Below, one piece after another: positions 1 through 11,683 of a stretch of 64,000 nucleotides of DNA. This stretch comes from Azolla caroliniana (taxonomy: Eukaryota; Plantae; Polypodiophyta): the NCBI GenBank assembly GCA_043228905.1, contig JBHGNT010000010.1, positions 7,192,001 through 7,256,000 of the forward strand. The letters are read 5' to 3'. A program made the position numbers and the translations under genes. Every line of letters begins with the position of its first letter. The stretch's first letter is position 1. The notes beneath the pieces are model-generated. The model had not been told where the DNA came from. It did no database searches and worked only from the letters and a program-made list of their open reading frames with translations.

Positions 1-1906
1 GCACATTTATGTCCTACCTCTACAAGTCCTTTCACAGAAAGTTGCATTGATCGAAGCTTCTTATGAACATCATTTGAAAGAACAAGTCTCATCATATGGA
101 CATCCAAAAGAACAGAAATCCATCGGAGAACATCCGACATAGATGGAATCCACAATTCTTTCTTCATCACTGATGAAGAGAACATAGACCCGTGCCTAGA
201 ATAATATTTTTCTAACCATTTCTCAAGGTAATGGAGAAGCTTGTGCACCTCAGCGCCCTCAAGATGAGTAAAAAAGGAGGTTAGAACAGCCTCATCATGC
301 CCAAATGCGAGCAAGTTATGCAAGCAAAGCTCAAAAGGCTGGAAGTGATCCACTGCTAAACATAGTAAAATGGCTCGTTCAATGTCATCCTTATCCATGT
401 CAAATTTCATTCCATTTCCTTTTATACCCACATCAACAGAACAAATTTTATTCTCATTTCTGTCCTCCACTATGCCTTTCTCTGAAAGCCTTGAGATAGC
501 AACAACAGCCCTTTGTCTCCATTGATTCCGAACAACGGTGAGGCTCTTTCCTGATCTAACAGAGATTTTCAATATATATTTGAGCATAAGCAATGTATCA
601 GAGAACCGTGGGTCAGCCACGTTTCTCATGTACAAGCAAAGGAGAAAAACGTCACCATGTTTAATCAGTTTTGCAACGAAATCAGGGTAAGTATTTCCAT
701 GAATCGAGTGCGACTCGAGCATGCTTTTCACTGCATCCCAATTCCTGCAAGAAATGCAAGCTCTCAGGATCGAGCTAACAAGCTTCTGTCCAGACCTTGG
801 GCAATATTGTTTGAGAAGCTTTGGAAATGATAAACTTCTATTCTCACTTTTCACTGCATTTTTCTTCAAAATCTCCTCCTCGCTCTTTGCCTCACATTCC
901 TTCTCTTCACTGTTCTTCACGCTTTCGTTCTCCTTATTTGTCTTTACACCTGCCTTACCTGAGTCAAGAACTTTAGGATTAGTTGGGCAATATTGTTTGA
1001 AAAGCTTCAGAAATTATAAAGTTCTATTGGGCAATATTGTTCGAAAAGCTTCAGAAATTATAAAGTTCTATTCTCACCTTTCACCGTGTGTTTCTTCACA
1101 ATCTCCTCCTCACTCTTTGCCTCACATTCCTTCTCTTCACTGTTCTTCACGCATTCAATTTCCTTATTTTTCTTTACATTTGTCTTACCTGAGTCAAGAA
1201 CTTTAGGGTTAGTTGGGCAATATTGTTTCAGAAGCCCCGGAAATAATAAAGTTCTATTCTCACTTTTCACCGCATGGTTCTTCACAATCTCCTCCTCCTC
1301 GCATTCCTTCTCTTGCCTTCTCTTCTCTTCACTGTTCTTCACGCTTTCGGCCTCCTTATTTTTCTTTACACTTGCCTTACCTGAGTCAAGAACTTTAGAT
1401 TTAGTTGGGCAATTTTGTTTGAGAAGCTTTGGAAATGATAAACTTCTATTCTCACTTTTCACTGCATTCTTCTTCAAAATCTCCTCCTCGCTCTTTGCCT
1501 CACACTCCTTCTCTTCACTGTTCTTCACGCTTTCGGTCTCCTTATTTTTCTTTACACTTGACTTACCTGAGTCATGAACTTTAGGGTTAGGGTTGAGTAC
1601 CTGTTCGAAGTAAGATCTGAGGAGGCGGTCCATGGCATCTGTGGAAGGATTGTCGTCGTCTGAGAGCTTGTCCAGCTGGGAAGAGAGAGCTTCTTCTGAA
1701 TCGATACGCACCTTGATGGTGTGGAGAGCGGAGGAAGGTACGGGTCGCCATCGAAGGAAGTCGCCATTAGGAGGAGAAGGAGGAGTTGAGTCCTCTTCTA
1801 CCGTATGGACAGGGAGCCACAGAGGCTCGAGGGAGCAGATGGAAGCCTCTTGACCGTCTGCAGGGCCTAAGCTCTGGGCTTTCTTCACCAGGTCGAGGAG
1901 GGCCAT
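1..1906 (-). pseudogene. NOL11/UTP8-like nucleolar protein homolog; disrupted by a stop and frameshifts; 3' end runs off the window
   Basis: ATG at 1906 (MALLDLVKKA). Manual translation below 840 gives LVSSILRACISCRNWDAVKSML...LCLYMRNVADPRFSD, then ELCLHNLLAFGHDEAVL...LHYLEKWLEKY and WIPSMSDVLRWISVLLD in shifted frames, resembling the plant NOL11-like C-terminus. Premature TAA at 1058-1060; frameshifts near 1010-1050, ~445 and ~160. Family call is from memory of motifs. Confidence 0.6.
797..1590 (-). repeat. Intragenic tandem repeat, ~186-bp unit x ~4 (Lys/Glu-rich ~62-aa unit)
   Basis: Unit VLDSGKxxVKKNKExExVKNSEEKECEAKSEEEILKKNAVKSENRSLSFPKLLKQYCP repeats; DNA anchor ttacctgagtca near 955, 1185, 1377 and 1564. 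Confidence 0.95.
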
Positions 1907-1927
1907 ATGGAGAACAGAGGAGCAGAG

Positions 1928-1980
1928 TGAGGGTTAGGGTTAGGGTTCTGAGCAGAGTGAGGTTTAGGGTTAGGGTTCTG
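1928..1980 (-). promoter_or_regulatory. Telo-box cluster ((A)AACCCTAA) just upstream of the ATG
   Basis: gggttagggttagggtt and ggtttagggttagggtt lie in a duplicated 30-bp unit; telo-boxes are typical of plant ribosome-biogenesis genes. Confidence 0.6.
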
Positions 1981-2038
1981 GGCAGAGAAGGCTGAGCACA
2001 TAATATATACAGAGCATATGTGTATGTATGTATGCATG

Positions 2039-2279
2039 GATAGTATGAACCATACGTTCATTCGTATTCGCGAATGTTTTAATCGTTCGAGTATGGTAAA
2101 GACCCTCGAAGTATGAACAATATGTACCATACTTTATTATAAGTTTTGTTTTTAAAGGTAAGAAAGTTAAGGTAAAACGTGTTTGAAAAAATATAAGAAG
2201 GTTTTGATAACATACGCATTCGTTTGAATTCGTATGAAAAGAATGTTTGCCAATGCATTCGAGTATATTACATACTATG
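2039..2279. mobile_element. Putative hAT-derived MITE (~240 bp)
   Basis: Imperfect TIRs gATAGTATGaaccATAC / GTATattaCATACTATG; internal attcg/cgaat motifs like the ends of the hAT at 11372; flanks tatgcatg/tgtgtgtg fit a decayed 8-bp TSD only loosely. Confidence 0.45.
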
Positions 2280-2699
2280 TGTGTGTGTGTGTGTGTGCGC
2301 GCGCGCGTGCGCGTGTATGTATGTATGTATGTATGTATTCCTTGGACCTTTAGCAATTGGTTGGTTCGGACGGCTCCCTTTGCCGAATGATGGCAATGGA
2401 GACATCCCTCCTCTCGCCCACGTTTCTATTTGCAACCAAAAATTTTATTTATAAGAAAAAATATCCTTTCATTAGTATAAACAATTTACAAGATTTTGAA
2501 CTCTATGTGATCGGCGGAGGAAACAATCATGGTTGGAAGTGCTAGAAAGGAGTGCCATTCTTGGAGGTCATGAATAGAGTAGTTGTCCACACGCTAAGAA
2601 ACTCACGACATTTATTAGTTTTAGCATCATAATCTCCAACTATACCATCCCATTGACCCTTGAAAGTATGAACCATGTCCATTTGTAACCAATTCAGCT

Positions 2700-3318
2700 G
2701 ATGATGCTTTAACTTGATGGAAAACGAGAGAGCATTGAACCTTCCAAATGTTATATACAATCGTACTACTCAATATCTCCCATATTGGTTGAATTTCCTT
2801 CCTTGTCCCTGAAAACTGTAGAGACAGTAATGGCAGTGCACGAACACTTCCAGCTTTAATGTAAAATCCATGGTCCATAGATTCGGTGTCGTAATGGAAA
2901 GCATAATAGACAAGTGACATCCAAACCACCATCCCCCATGTGAAAACCAATGGAGGAAAATAAATAGCGAAAATTCTAAGGAGGCGTTGTCACGGACAGA
3001 TAGAGCAGTTGGTGATGCTTTAACTTGATGGAAAACGAGAGAGCATTGAGCCTTCCAAATGTTATAAACAATCATACTATCAGCATCTCCCATGCTAGTT
3101 GAATTTCCTTCCTTATCCCTGAATATTGTAGAGACGGTAATGGTAGAGCACGAACACTTCCAACTTTAGTGTAAAACCCATGGTCCATAGATTCCGCATT
3201 GTAATGGAAAGCATAACAGACAAGTGATGTCCAAACCACCATCCCCCATGTGAAAACCAATGGGGGAAAATAGTTAGCAAAAATTCTAAGGAGGCGTTGT
3301 CACAGATAGATAGAGCAG
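2700..3318. repeat. ~310-bp tandem duplication within the LINE, including ~20 bp of the LTR end
   Basis: gatgctttaacttgatggaaaacgagagagc at 2703 and 3014; both copies end aggaggcgttgtcac...gatagagcag. Confidence 0.9.
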
Positions 3319-3654
3319 AGCAAAATAGAGCTAGGAAAAGGTAAGATACTATGAGATAGAGCAAGAAGAAATAGATCGACAAAACAAAAACTAGGATTCC
3401 GTAACTAACGTTGTTCACCCTAGAGTCAAGTTGCACCCCTGTATTTATACATGTTTGTGGGCTTTGCATGTAGTTCCATGCAAAGAATCGTTTTCATGTA
3501 GAAGCTTCTAGAAAGGTCCCGAAGCTCTTAGAACATGGAATAAATATTGTAACATGACCATGTATTAGATGTGTTGGTTAAAACATAATACTTGATTATA
3601 ATAGAAGAGGTCAAGAGTGTAAATCTTGACATGACTATTGTCATGTCCAAGACG
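3298..3654 (-). mobile_element. Solo LTR inserted in the LINE
   Basis: Ends TGTC...GACg; flanks ggcgt (3293-3297) / ggcat (3655-3659) form a 5-bp TSD with one CpG transition; removing it restores LINE W-Q-R-L-L. Confidence 0.7.
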
Positions 3655-5753
3655 GGCATTGCCATACCAGTTGAGACTCGATGCATTCCCATAAATAATG
3701 TTTTTGAATTTTAGTTTGTAATTGACAACAAGCACATCTAGAAGATAGGCCCATCTTGTGCAACCATGCGCCAAAAGGTAAGGCTCAATGTACAAGTAAC
3801 CATGATTGTACATGCAATATTTGTTGTGGTTGTTTTCTTGCCCATAGGTTAACCTAGAATTTTGCAAGGAACTGGGAAGTAATACCTTGTTGATTCCAAT
3901 ATTGAAATGTAGATGGTAACACATCTTGACTATCCGATAGCACATGTTTTCTCAACTATACAAAATATTGGAAAAAATTAAGGTTGTTACAAGTAAATGG
4001 GTCCCAATCTAATATGAACAAAGGTTTTTAGCCAACACCCACAACTTCCAATGTGATCTTATATCCTCTATTGGTGGATCAATATACCATTTACGATTGG
4101 CGTATCCAAATACCCTTATCTTGTGTTCAATAGCATAAGGATAATCGATCACCACTTCCCCCAATTGAGACAATTGATTTGTTTTGTCCCCCAATTGTAT
4201 TTAATATTTGCAACCAAATATTAAATAGGCCCGGTGAGGGAATCACGATCACAGACAATGAAAGAATTGCTTTGATAATCCCATGAAATGTGCATAGTCG
4301 AATCATCCACAAAAAGCATGTGCCTGTTTTTAACTTGGCTATGTCTAGGCTATGTCATGTCTAAGCCAGCTCCGTCTAGCCTCTATCACATCTAATGAAA
4401 AGACTCCTTTTGTGTTGTGTGCTTGACACCATCAACTACAACCTCCACAACCATCATGTGCCTTCAAATGATTGAGTTGGGTATACTAGCAAATTGAGAT
4501 TGTAACTTCATGCATGGGGTGATCGTCAAAGTTGACAAATAGTCTTTGGTGCTTTCATGATCTTCATGAACCTCGCTCAAACATAGGTTATATTGAGAGC
4601 ATTTGACTTATTGTGGGTTGCGCTAACACTCTATTATTAATGTTGCAAGGCCTAACACTATATAATGTTGACACAATTAACTTATTAAAGTCCAATTGCA
4701 AGGCCACATTTATCACAAATGGCCATCTAACATCCATCCATTAAGAGGAAAATATATTTCAATTCTATGTATTATGCTTAATTTTAATATGAATTTGTGC
4801 AACATGTACATATTTATAAACCACAATCACCACCTTGATTTCAATCATATCAATTCTTTGCTTGCGAATAATGTTTTGTATACAAAAAGTCATCGAGGGC
4901 AAATAAGTATTTGGATAAGGATTAAAACCAAACCACTAATAGACTACACCACTCACATAGAACATTGGGTTATCTATTTCTAACAATTACAACTTGCAAT
5001 CTATATCCAAGGGTGCTACTTGAAGGCATTCTTCAATAAAAACTTGGGTTGATTGCATACATTATTAGATTGTTTTGTAATGTCTTCTCCTCCCTTCGAA
5101 AGTATTGTTTTTTAATGGCAATGCTACCATGTCAACACCATTGTTGCAAAACCAATTTTTCGTGACATTAAACCCATTGCTTGAGACTTGAACCTACAAC
5201 CCTTGAGATTCGAAAGGTATGTTATGCATTCGCCATTGAGAACACATTACGTGCAATGTAGATCATAATCCCTATCTGCCTAGTTACAAAAAGCTCGATA
5301 GGGTGTGGCTATTTGTTTATGCATTCAAACAGTGCAACAATCTAGTTTATTTAACCTTGCGATCTTTACCTTATGGAAATTAACCTCTGCCGTACCGCAC
5401 TTTGGACTCTGGAGATCTTTACATTTCAACGAATGACATTTACATTGATCTTGATGGAGCCGGACAAAAAACACGCCATTGTTATTTTTTCGACAATCCA
5501 ACATTTACATTAAGCTTTCATGGTGCCCAACAAATATGCCATTGTTAGAGAGGGTGGCTCTTAGAAATTCATAAACCTAGCAATGCACAAGAGTGGTTGA
5601 TACAAATTGATGAGAGTTTTAAACAAGGGTTTGAGCTCAATCCTGAATTACATGTGCATCCATGCAATCCATTCATCCATCCATGGAGAATGTGATGAGA
5701 TGCATGATGATGCAATGCAGACAACAATTATAACAAGACAATAGATATGGGAT

Positions 5754-6935
5754 TTAGATCTTTCCCCGAGGTCCGACCTTGGGTGGCTCCTGAGGTCCCT
5801 TCTTGATTGGGAGGATATCACCAGACACAGAGGAGCTGATGTATGCTAGGGTTCCGCCACCGCCGAGCACTAGGAACTTGAGGAGAAGCCCTCTCTTGGT
5901 GAAGGCACCGCCGGCCGTCTCGAAGAATTTGCTCTGCGAAAAGAAGAGGGGAAAAAAGAATGTGATTGATAGACTATCCCAAGGAGTGAGAAGAATCAGA
6001 TGGATGGATGGATGGAACTTGGATGATGGAGAGGCTAATGATGATACAAATAATGATACAAATGATGACAATGATGCTGTGGCCACTGCCATCACCGCCG
6101 ATTATGCTTTTTTTTTATGATGATGTTGATGATAGTGTTTGATGATTATGATGTTTGATGATAGTGTTTGATGATTATGATGTTTAATGATTATGATGAT
6201 GATGATCCCATTAGGTTTGATGATTACGATGATGATCCGATTAAGTTTAATGATTATGCTGTTTTTTTTATGATGATGATGATAATTTTTTATCATGATC
6301 ATAATTATGGTAATGATGATAATGATGTTTGATGATGAGAAAGTGTAGGGGAAAATCTCTGCAACCCTAAGTTCTAATGTTTACTGAATGCTTGTAAGTG
6401 AAATCATGATCATGGTAGCTCGAAATCCATGACCCTTTCTCCATCTTCCTAATAGTAGCTCCGTAGACCTAGCTATGTCTCTCTGAATCCAAAATTCTCA
6501 TGCTTTATGCAGAAAAGCCTGCGTTTAGATAGCTGTGTCTATATTCAGATCTATGAAGGAGATGAAGCTCAGAATCCATCTCTCGCTAGTAGCAACCATC
6601 TGAAACCCTAACGTTCAGTGTTTCTGCATAAAGCTCAACGTAGCTCCCGTCTGTGGAAACCCCCCCTACCTTTTATTTCTGTACCTCTACCCAGAGAAAC
6701 TGCATCGATCGATCTACATCTGCTGCAAAACAACTAAACCCTAAACCCTAACTTCTGAGCTGAAAGCCATAATCTTTAAGGGATCGTCAGGGAAGCCATA
6801 ATCGTTGCCTTACATGTGAAACAGAATTGGCAGAGAAGCCATGGTGTTTGCCTCAAACATATGCTACCTTCATGTGATCAGAGAAAGCCATAGACGATCG
6901 ACGGAACCTGTATGTGCTTATTAACACACAGAGAG

Positions 6936-7005
<70 letters not shown>

Positions 7006-7672
7006 AAGCCATTGTAAGGCGATGGAGCATCAGAGCCATAGAGGTCCCATGCGCCTGTGGTGTTGCTGATATCGTCCAAGTCAAAGTAGACGCTCTTTTC
7101 ACCATATTTAGCAGAGATCGGCCCAACTCTGCAGTAATAATCTCTCTCTTCGTCAAACAATATGTATACACATGTTTACATAGCCAAAGCAAGAAAAAGC
7201 TATGGTTTTCTTCTAGCAATAACATCTCCAAAATCTGCACTAGGGCTTATGCAGCTTCATAGCAGAAGAACACAAGAATCCCTAGCTCTGCAAATACGCA
7301 AGAGTCGATCCTTTCTCGGTAAAGTACACAGAAAAGGAAGCGATGATTTTGTAACAGAAAACAAACAAACAAAAAAAGAAAAACAGGAAAAAGTTCTAAA
7401 GGTCTGAAAAAGAATGATGGCTTCTCAACGCAAGAGCATTACGCTGGCTTCCATGGGAGCTCACCCAGAGATTTATAATGGAGAGACATGTGAGGATTGA
7501 AGATCAATGGAAGCTGATCGAATGATTGATTCGATTACCTCTTGGCGTGTGCAGAAGAAGCTGGACGGTAGGAAGCGACAGGGAGCTTCTGTCCAGAGAT
7601 GCTGTTAGAGCAGAGGGATGCGACAGAGGCGGTGGAGGCGGAAGAAGAGGCAGCAGCAAGGAGAGGAGCCAT
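5754..7672 (-). CDS. PsaH: Photosystem I subunit H (PSI-H, subunit VI), chloroplast precursor, 146 aa; exons 7672-7539, 7128-7002, 5933-5754
   Basis: Transit peptide [16 protein letters not shown]...; mature [36 protein letters not shown]|[26 protein letters not shown]...PKVGPRGKI; in-phase GT-AG introns. Confidence 0.97.
6000..6340. repeat. (ATG/GAT)n-rich low-complexity tract in PsaH intron 2
   Basis: Degenerate trinucleotide repeats. Confidence 0.8.
6943..7000. repeat. (GA)n microsatellite abutting the PsaH exon 2 donor
   Basis: Pure GA run; the donor reads CAG|GTCTCTCT on the minus strand. Confidence 0.95.
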
Positions 7673-7774
7673 GGGGACGGAATGCTAGAGGCGCTCTTTC
7701 TCTGCGGCTATGGCTGCCTTTCTCTAACTTCTCTTTCTTCTCTTTCTTTCTTTCTTTCTTCTTCTTCTTCTGGG

Positions 7775-7810
<36 letters not shown>

Positions 7811-7826
7811 GGAGTGGAGTGGGAAT

Positions 7827-7866
7827 GGATAAGGGGGAGGAGAAGGCTTTTGTTGTGAGCCAATCA
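7827..7866 (-). promoter_or_regulatory. I-box (GGATAAGG) and CCAAT box upstream of PsaH
   Basis: ggataagg at 7827-7834 and agccaatc at ~7858-7866, 155-195 bp from the ATG; typical of light-regulated promoters. Confidence 0.45.
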
Positions 7867-8047
7867 GAGATGGCCAACAAAGAGCAGGGCTCTATCCTCT
7901 TGGAACACATAGAATAGAACAAGAACAAAATAGATAGGATAATGATAATAGCATTACATATTATGACCAATACTAGTATTAGTAGTACATATTAGTTTGT
8001 ACTATTACATAGTAGTATGTTGTTGTAGTAGTAGCATGTAGTAGCAT

Positions 8048-8120
<73 letters not shown>
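8048..8120. repeat. (TAG)n microsatellite
   Basis: Pure trinucleotide run. Confidence 0.95.
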
Positions 8121-8121
<1 letters not shown>

Positions 8122-8440
8122 CGTTCAATCCACCTCTTCGTCCCGTGACCCGTCCCATATCCCTACCTTGTGTCCTGTCAAATGACTTGCCAACTACTTG
8201 CATCTGCCATGCTGCAGCTCCTTCGCAACACCAGCCGTGCATGCCGATGTAGCCCACTGATGATCATGCCATTCTCCTTCAGTTTAATGTTTAATGCCAT
8301 TCTCCTTTGCTGATTTCACGATCTGCCGTATAGTCATGCAATGGTATCTGTGTCATAAGGCTTATATCACAATGGTTTCTCCATCAACTTTGGCGATATC
8401 ACAATGTTAACATCTTGTCAAGGGTAGAACAAAGTTTACT

Positions 8441-8879
8441 TGTTACAGGCATAACCTTAACTTAGCCCTTTCGTAGTTTTTACTATAGTTGTCTACACAT
8501 GAGGATAAGAGTGTAAGTGTTAACTTAGAATGTAACTGAGGGAGGATTACTTTTTGTCCTAGGGATTGGGAGAACCCTTTGAGGCCAAAGTATGGACTTT
8601 GCATGGGGCGCCCCCTTGGATCTAGCTATAAATATGAGGCCTAGCTCACCTCATATGGGGATCATTTGACTATGTCGAGTTTGTGATCTTGTGGCGAGCG
8701 CGCACTAGTGCCATGTATGATGAGAAGACCATACGTGGTGGTATGGGACATCGTTTACGGGTCCCGGTCTATCTCAATCCCTTTGCTTACGCATGGTCGG
8801 GGTGGATCAAAACTCTTATTTCTCTCTTTGTTTCTTTATTTCCTCATTTTCATGCTTACATTAGATGTATCCTGTGACA
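8441..8879 (+). mobile_element. Probable solo LTR
   Basis: Inverted ends TGTTACAGG...CCTGTGACA and internal TATA (ctataaata ~8626); no TSD found. Confidence 0.55.
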
Positions 8880-9596
8880 CTTGAAGTGTTGCCAACAACT
8901 AGATACTCGAGAATAAACTTATCAATGACTATAGTCTATGATAGAATAAGGAACATGTAGCTAGAAACCAATCACCTTTGTTACTCTAAAAAACTTGAGC
9001 AATTGTTTAACACTCTTCCTTTCCACTTACATATATTATGCCTTCTAGCTTGGCTATTCCTTTCAAAACATAATCTAATTATGAGAGTCATTGGGTTCGT
9101 GGTTTCTCTTTTATAGTTGCAAATCATTCCAACTATCTATTGTGAAGATGTCCGACACAACTTGCAGAATATAATTTAATGTCATATGCTAAAAAAAGCC
9201 TGCAGCACAACAAACAATAAGGCATAATAGTGTGCTCAAAATGTCCATATCAAGTGTGAAAGGCAATTGTTGTTATATCATAAATTGTGATAGAAGACGT
9301 TATTTTAGCTTCAATGTTCCAAAGAAACGTATACAGAAAAACATGGCAAAAGACACCCAATGTGGTGTTTAGATTGTATCCATGAATTAACAACGTCCAT
9401 GACCATCTTTGAATCACATACATGCTTTCAATTCGTTCATGTAAGTGCTCATTTCAATATAATTAGCCCCCAGATTACATGGATTGGAATGACACAGATT
9501 GATGTAAATTATATTATTAAGCACTGTCATCATAGTGTTTACTTAAAACCATAGAATTACGACAAATCTTCAAGTCTTCAAAAATTGCAGTGGTAC

Positions 9597-9745
9597 TGGA
9601 AGATTACATGGATGCAAAAATTTCACTGATTACTCAAAACTATGGCATTACAGGAAGATTACATGGATGCAAAAATTTCAGTGATAACTCAAAACTATGG
9701 CATTACAGGAAGATTACATGGATTTCATTCACTGATTACGCAAAG
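9597..9745. repeat. ~56-bp tandem repeat downstream of the PEBP-like gene
   Basis: ggaagattacatggatgcaaaaatttca.tga..actcaaaactatggcattaca x ~2.5. Confidence 0.85.
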
Positions 9746-9956
9746 CCATGGAGTTACATAATATCTTGGCTTGAAATTTTGCCGCAGTACAGGCAGGGAA
9801 CATTTACACGGATTCATTCACTGATTTATACCCAGAAAAATGATTGCGATGGAATTGCATGCATGGAATCTGTGAGTTCAAATTTCCACTAGTGTAAAAG
9901 AAGATTACATGGAAGATTATGTACTGAGATTTGGTGATGGATGGAAGGAGTGTAGA

Positions 9957-10697
9957 TCAGGGGGAGGTGATCTGCTCAGTGAAGCGGGTGGAGGCGAGGG
10001 GTGGTTGCCCTTGGACCAGGCTCTCGAAGTCCTGCACGTACCGATCGGAGAGGCGGAAAGACGGCGGAGGAGACGTGGTGGAGGGTGAGGCCGCGAAGAG
10101 CAGGACCTCGTACGGGTGCAGCAGCGAGTCGTGCGGCGCGGGCCGTACGTACGGAGCCAGCACCTCCTCCACCGCCGCCGCTACCTGAGGGCCCCGCGAT
10201 CGCACCGTCACCCAGTAGTGTACGAACGTCTGCAGAGGAGCCCCCGCCCCCGCCTCCTCTCGCGACGCCATCCGATCGATCATCGCCACCGAATAATAAT
10301 AATCTCCTTCTCCTTCTCCTCCGCCATTGCTGCTGATGTAGAAAGACGGAGGGTGCGTTGCTGTCTCAGAGACGCTCAGCATCTGCCCATCCTGCACCCG
10401 CGTCTCGCCATCATCGTAGCTGATGCTGATGCTCACCATGGAATCACTCGCCAATCCTCTCCTCAGCACAGGCAGCATCGCCATTCCAGCAGCAGCAGCA
10501 GCAGCAGAAGCATCATCATGATGATGACGATGAGACAGAGACACAGTTACTGCCCTGCCCGCTTCGCTAGTAGCAGCGCACATCAGAATCAGAATCAGAA
10601 TCATATTCAGAAGCAGAAGCTGCAGTGAATTCATCATCCTCATCACCGCCACATTCTTGCTTATGCTACTACTAAACTTCACTTCCATCGCCATCAT
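9957..10697 (-). CDS. Intronless divergent PEBP-fold (phosphatidylethanolamine-binding/FT-TFL1-RKIP-like) protein with predicted signal peptide, 246 aa
   Basis: First ATG at 10697; hydrophobic LQLLLLNMILILILMCAATSEA; ordered PEBP-like blocks ISYDDGETRVQDGQML..S....PP, YSVAMID, TFVHYWVT, EVLAPYVRPAP, LHPYEVLLF, DRYVQDF; GC-rich, uninterrupted ORF. Confidence 0.72.
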   Translation of the reverse strand: MMAMEVKFSSSISKNVAVMRMMNSLQLLLLNMILILILMCAATSEAGRAVTVSLSHRHHHDDASAAAAAAGMAMLPVLRRGLASDSMVSISISYDDGETRVQDGQMLSVSETATHPPSFYISSNGGGEGEGDYYYSVAMIDRMASREEAGAGAPLQTFVHYWVTVRSRGPQVAAAVEEVLAPYVRPAPHDSLLHPYEVLLFAASPSTTSPPPSFRLSDRYVQDFESLVQGQPPLASTRFTEQITSP

Positions 10698-10835
10698 TAG
10701 TGTGGTATGAATTATATTCACTCAGATTCTACCTCCTTCTCCTTCTCCTTCTCCTTCTCCTTCTCCTTCTCCTTCTCCTTTCTCCTTCTTCTCCTTCGTC
10801 TGTCTCTCCTTTTATTTTTATATCTGCAAAACGCA

Positions 10836-10910
10836 CAACTCAGAAACGCGAAAGACGCAGAACTCAGAAACGCAAAAGACGCAGAACTCAGAAACGCAAA
10901 AGACGCAGAA
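10836..10910. repeat. 24-bp tandem repeat x3, next to a (CTCCTT)n tract
   Basis: aactcagaaacgcaaaagacgcag repeated. Confidence 0.9.
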
Positions 10911-11683
10911 CATGATAGATATAGGGTTTAGAAACGCAACAAATGGGTATATCTACATATGTATAACAATGGGCAACTGAAACCGAACTGAACCAAACCG
11001 CTGCTTAACGGTTTAACGATTTAAATGGTTCGGTTTCAACAGTTAAACCCCGTGGTTTTTAACCGTTTAACGATTTTTTATTTTTTATTTTTTTTAAAAT
11101 TCCAAAAAATTTGCTTTTAAATAATCTTTTCTGACATTTTGGGAAATTTTTTAAATTTTAAATAATGAAACTTTTAAATTTGTTGAAATTTTGAAAATTA
11201 AAAATTAAAAATTTGACCTAAGTTGAAAACCGAAACCGAACCGCGAAACCGCGGTTTTATCAGCCTAATGGCTTAATGATTTTTTATTTTTGTTAAACGC
11301 AGAACTCAAAAACGCAAAAGACGCAGAACATGATATATATAGGGTTTAGAAACGCAACAAATGGGTATATCCATAGATTGACCCATGCGTGATATGCGTG
11401 GTATTCGACATCTGCAATATTCGTAGTAGTATTCGAGAATATAAAATGGCTCCAAGAATATTATAAAACCATTCGTTTATGGAAAATAAATTTTCATAAT
11501 AAAAATTATTCAATTCACTAAAAACAAAAAGGAAAAATCACCAATTAATAGAAAAATGGAAGGTCTTCAAAATCACACAAACATAAGAAAGAAAAGTTTT
11601 AATTAAAGCGATTATGAACCATTATATTCTAATTTCTAAGTTGTAGGTTCTAACTTCTAAGTAATGCTTCGAAATTTAAGAGT

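Larger units (their letters stand above)
2503..4330 (-). mobile_element. Degenerate L1-like LINE ORF2 3' part (zf-RVT and C-terminus)
   Basis: Minus-strand reading VNLWARKQP...WLLVH*ALPFGAWL...CACCQ...HYLWECIESQLVWQ continues across the solo LTR into QRLLRIF...WEILSSTIVYNIWK and ends ...LFPPPIT*. Confidence 0.8.

Noticed and set aside
1928-1980. Telomere or interstitial telomeric array
   Set aside because: Only a few units next to a start codon; better explained as telo-boxes
4696-4983. 95-aa ORF
   Set aside because: AT-rich, non-ATG start, no recognisable motif
7979-8257. Poly-Tyr ORF, and ER/SL-repeat ORFs at 6878-7970
   Set aside because: Microsatellite read-throughs or shadows of PsaH exons
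10001-10628. Plus-strand ORFs overlapping the PEBP-like gene
   Set aside because: Antisense shadows of a GC-rich CDS
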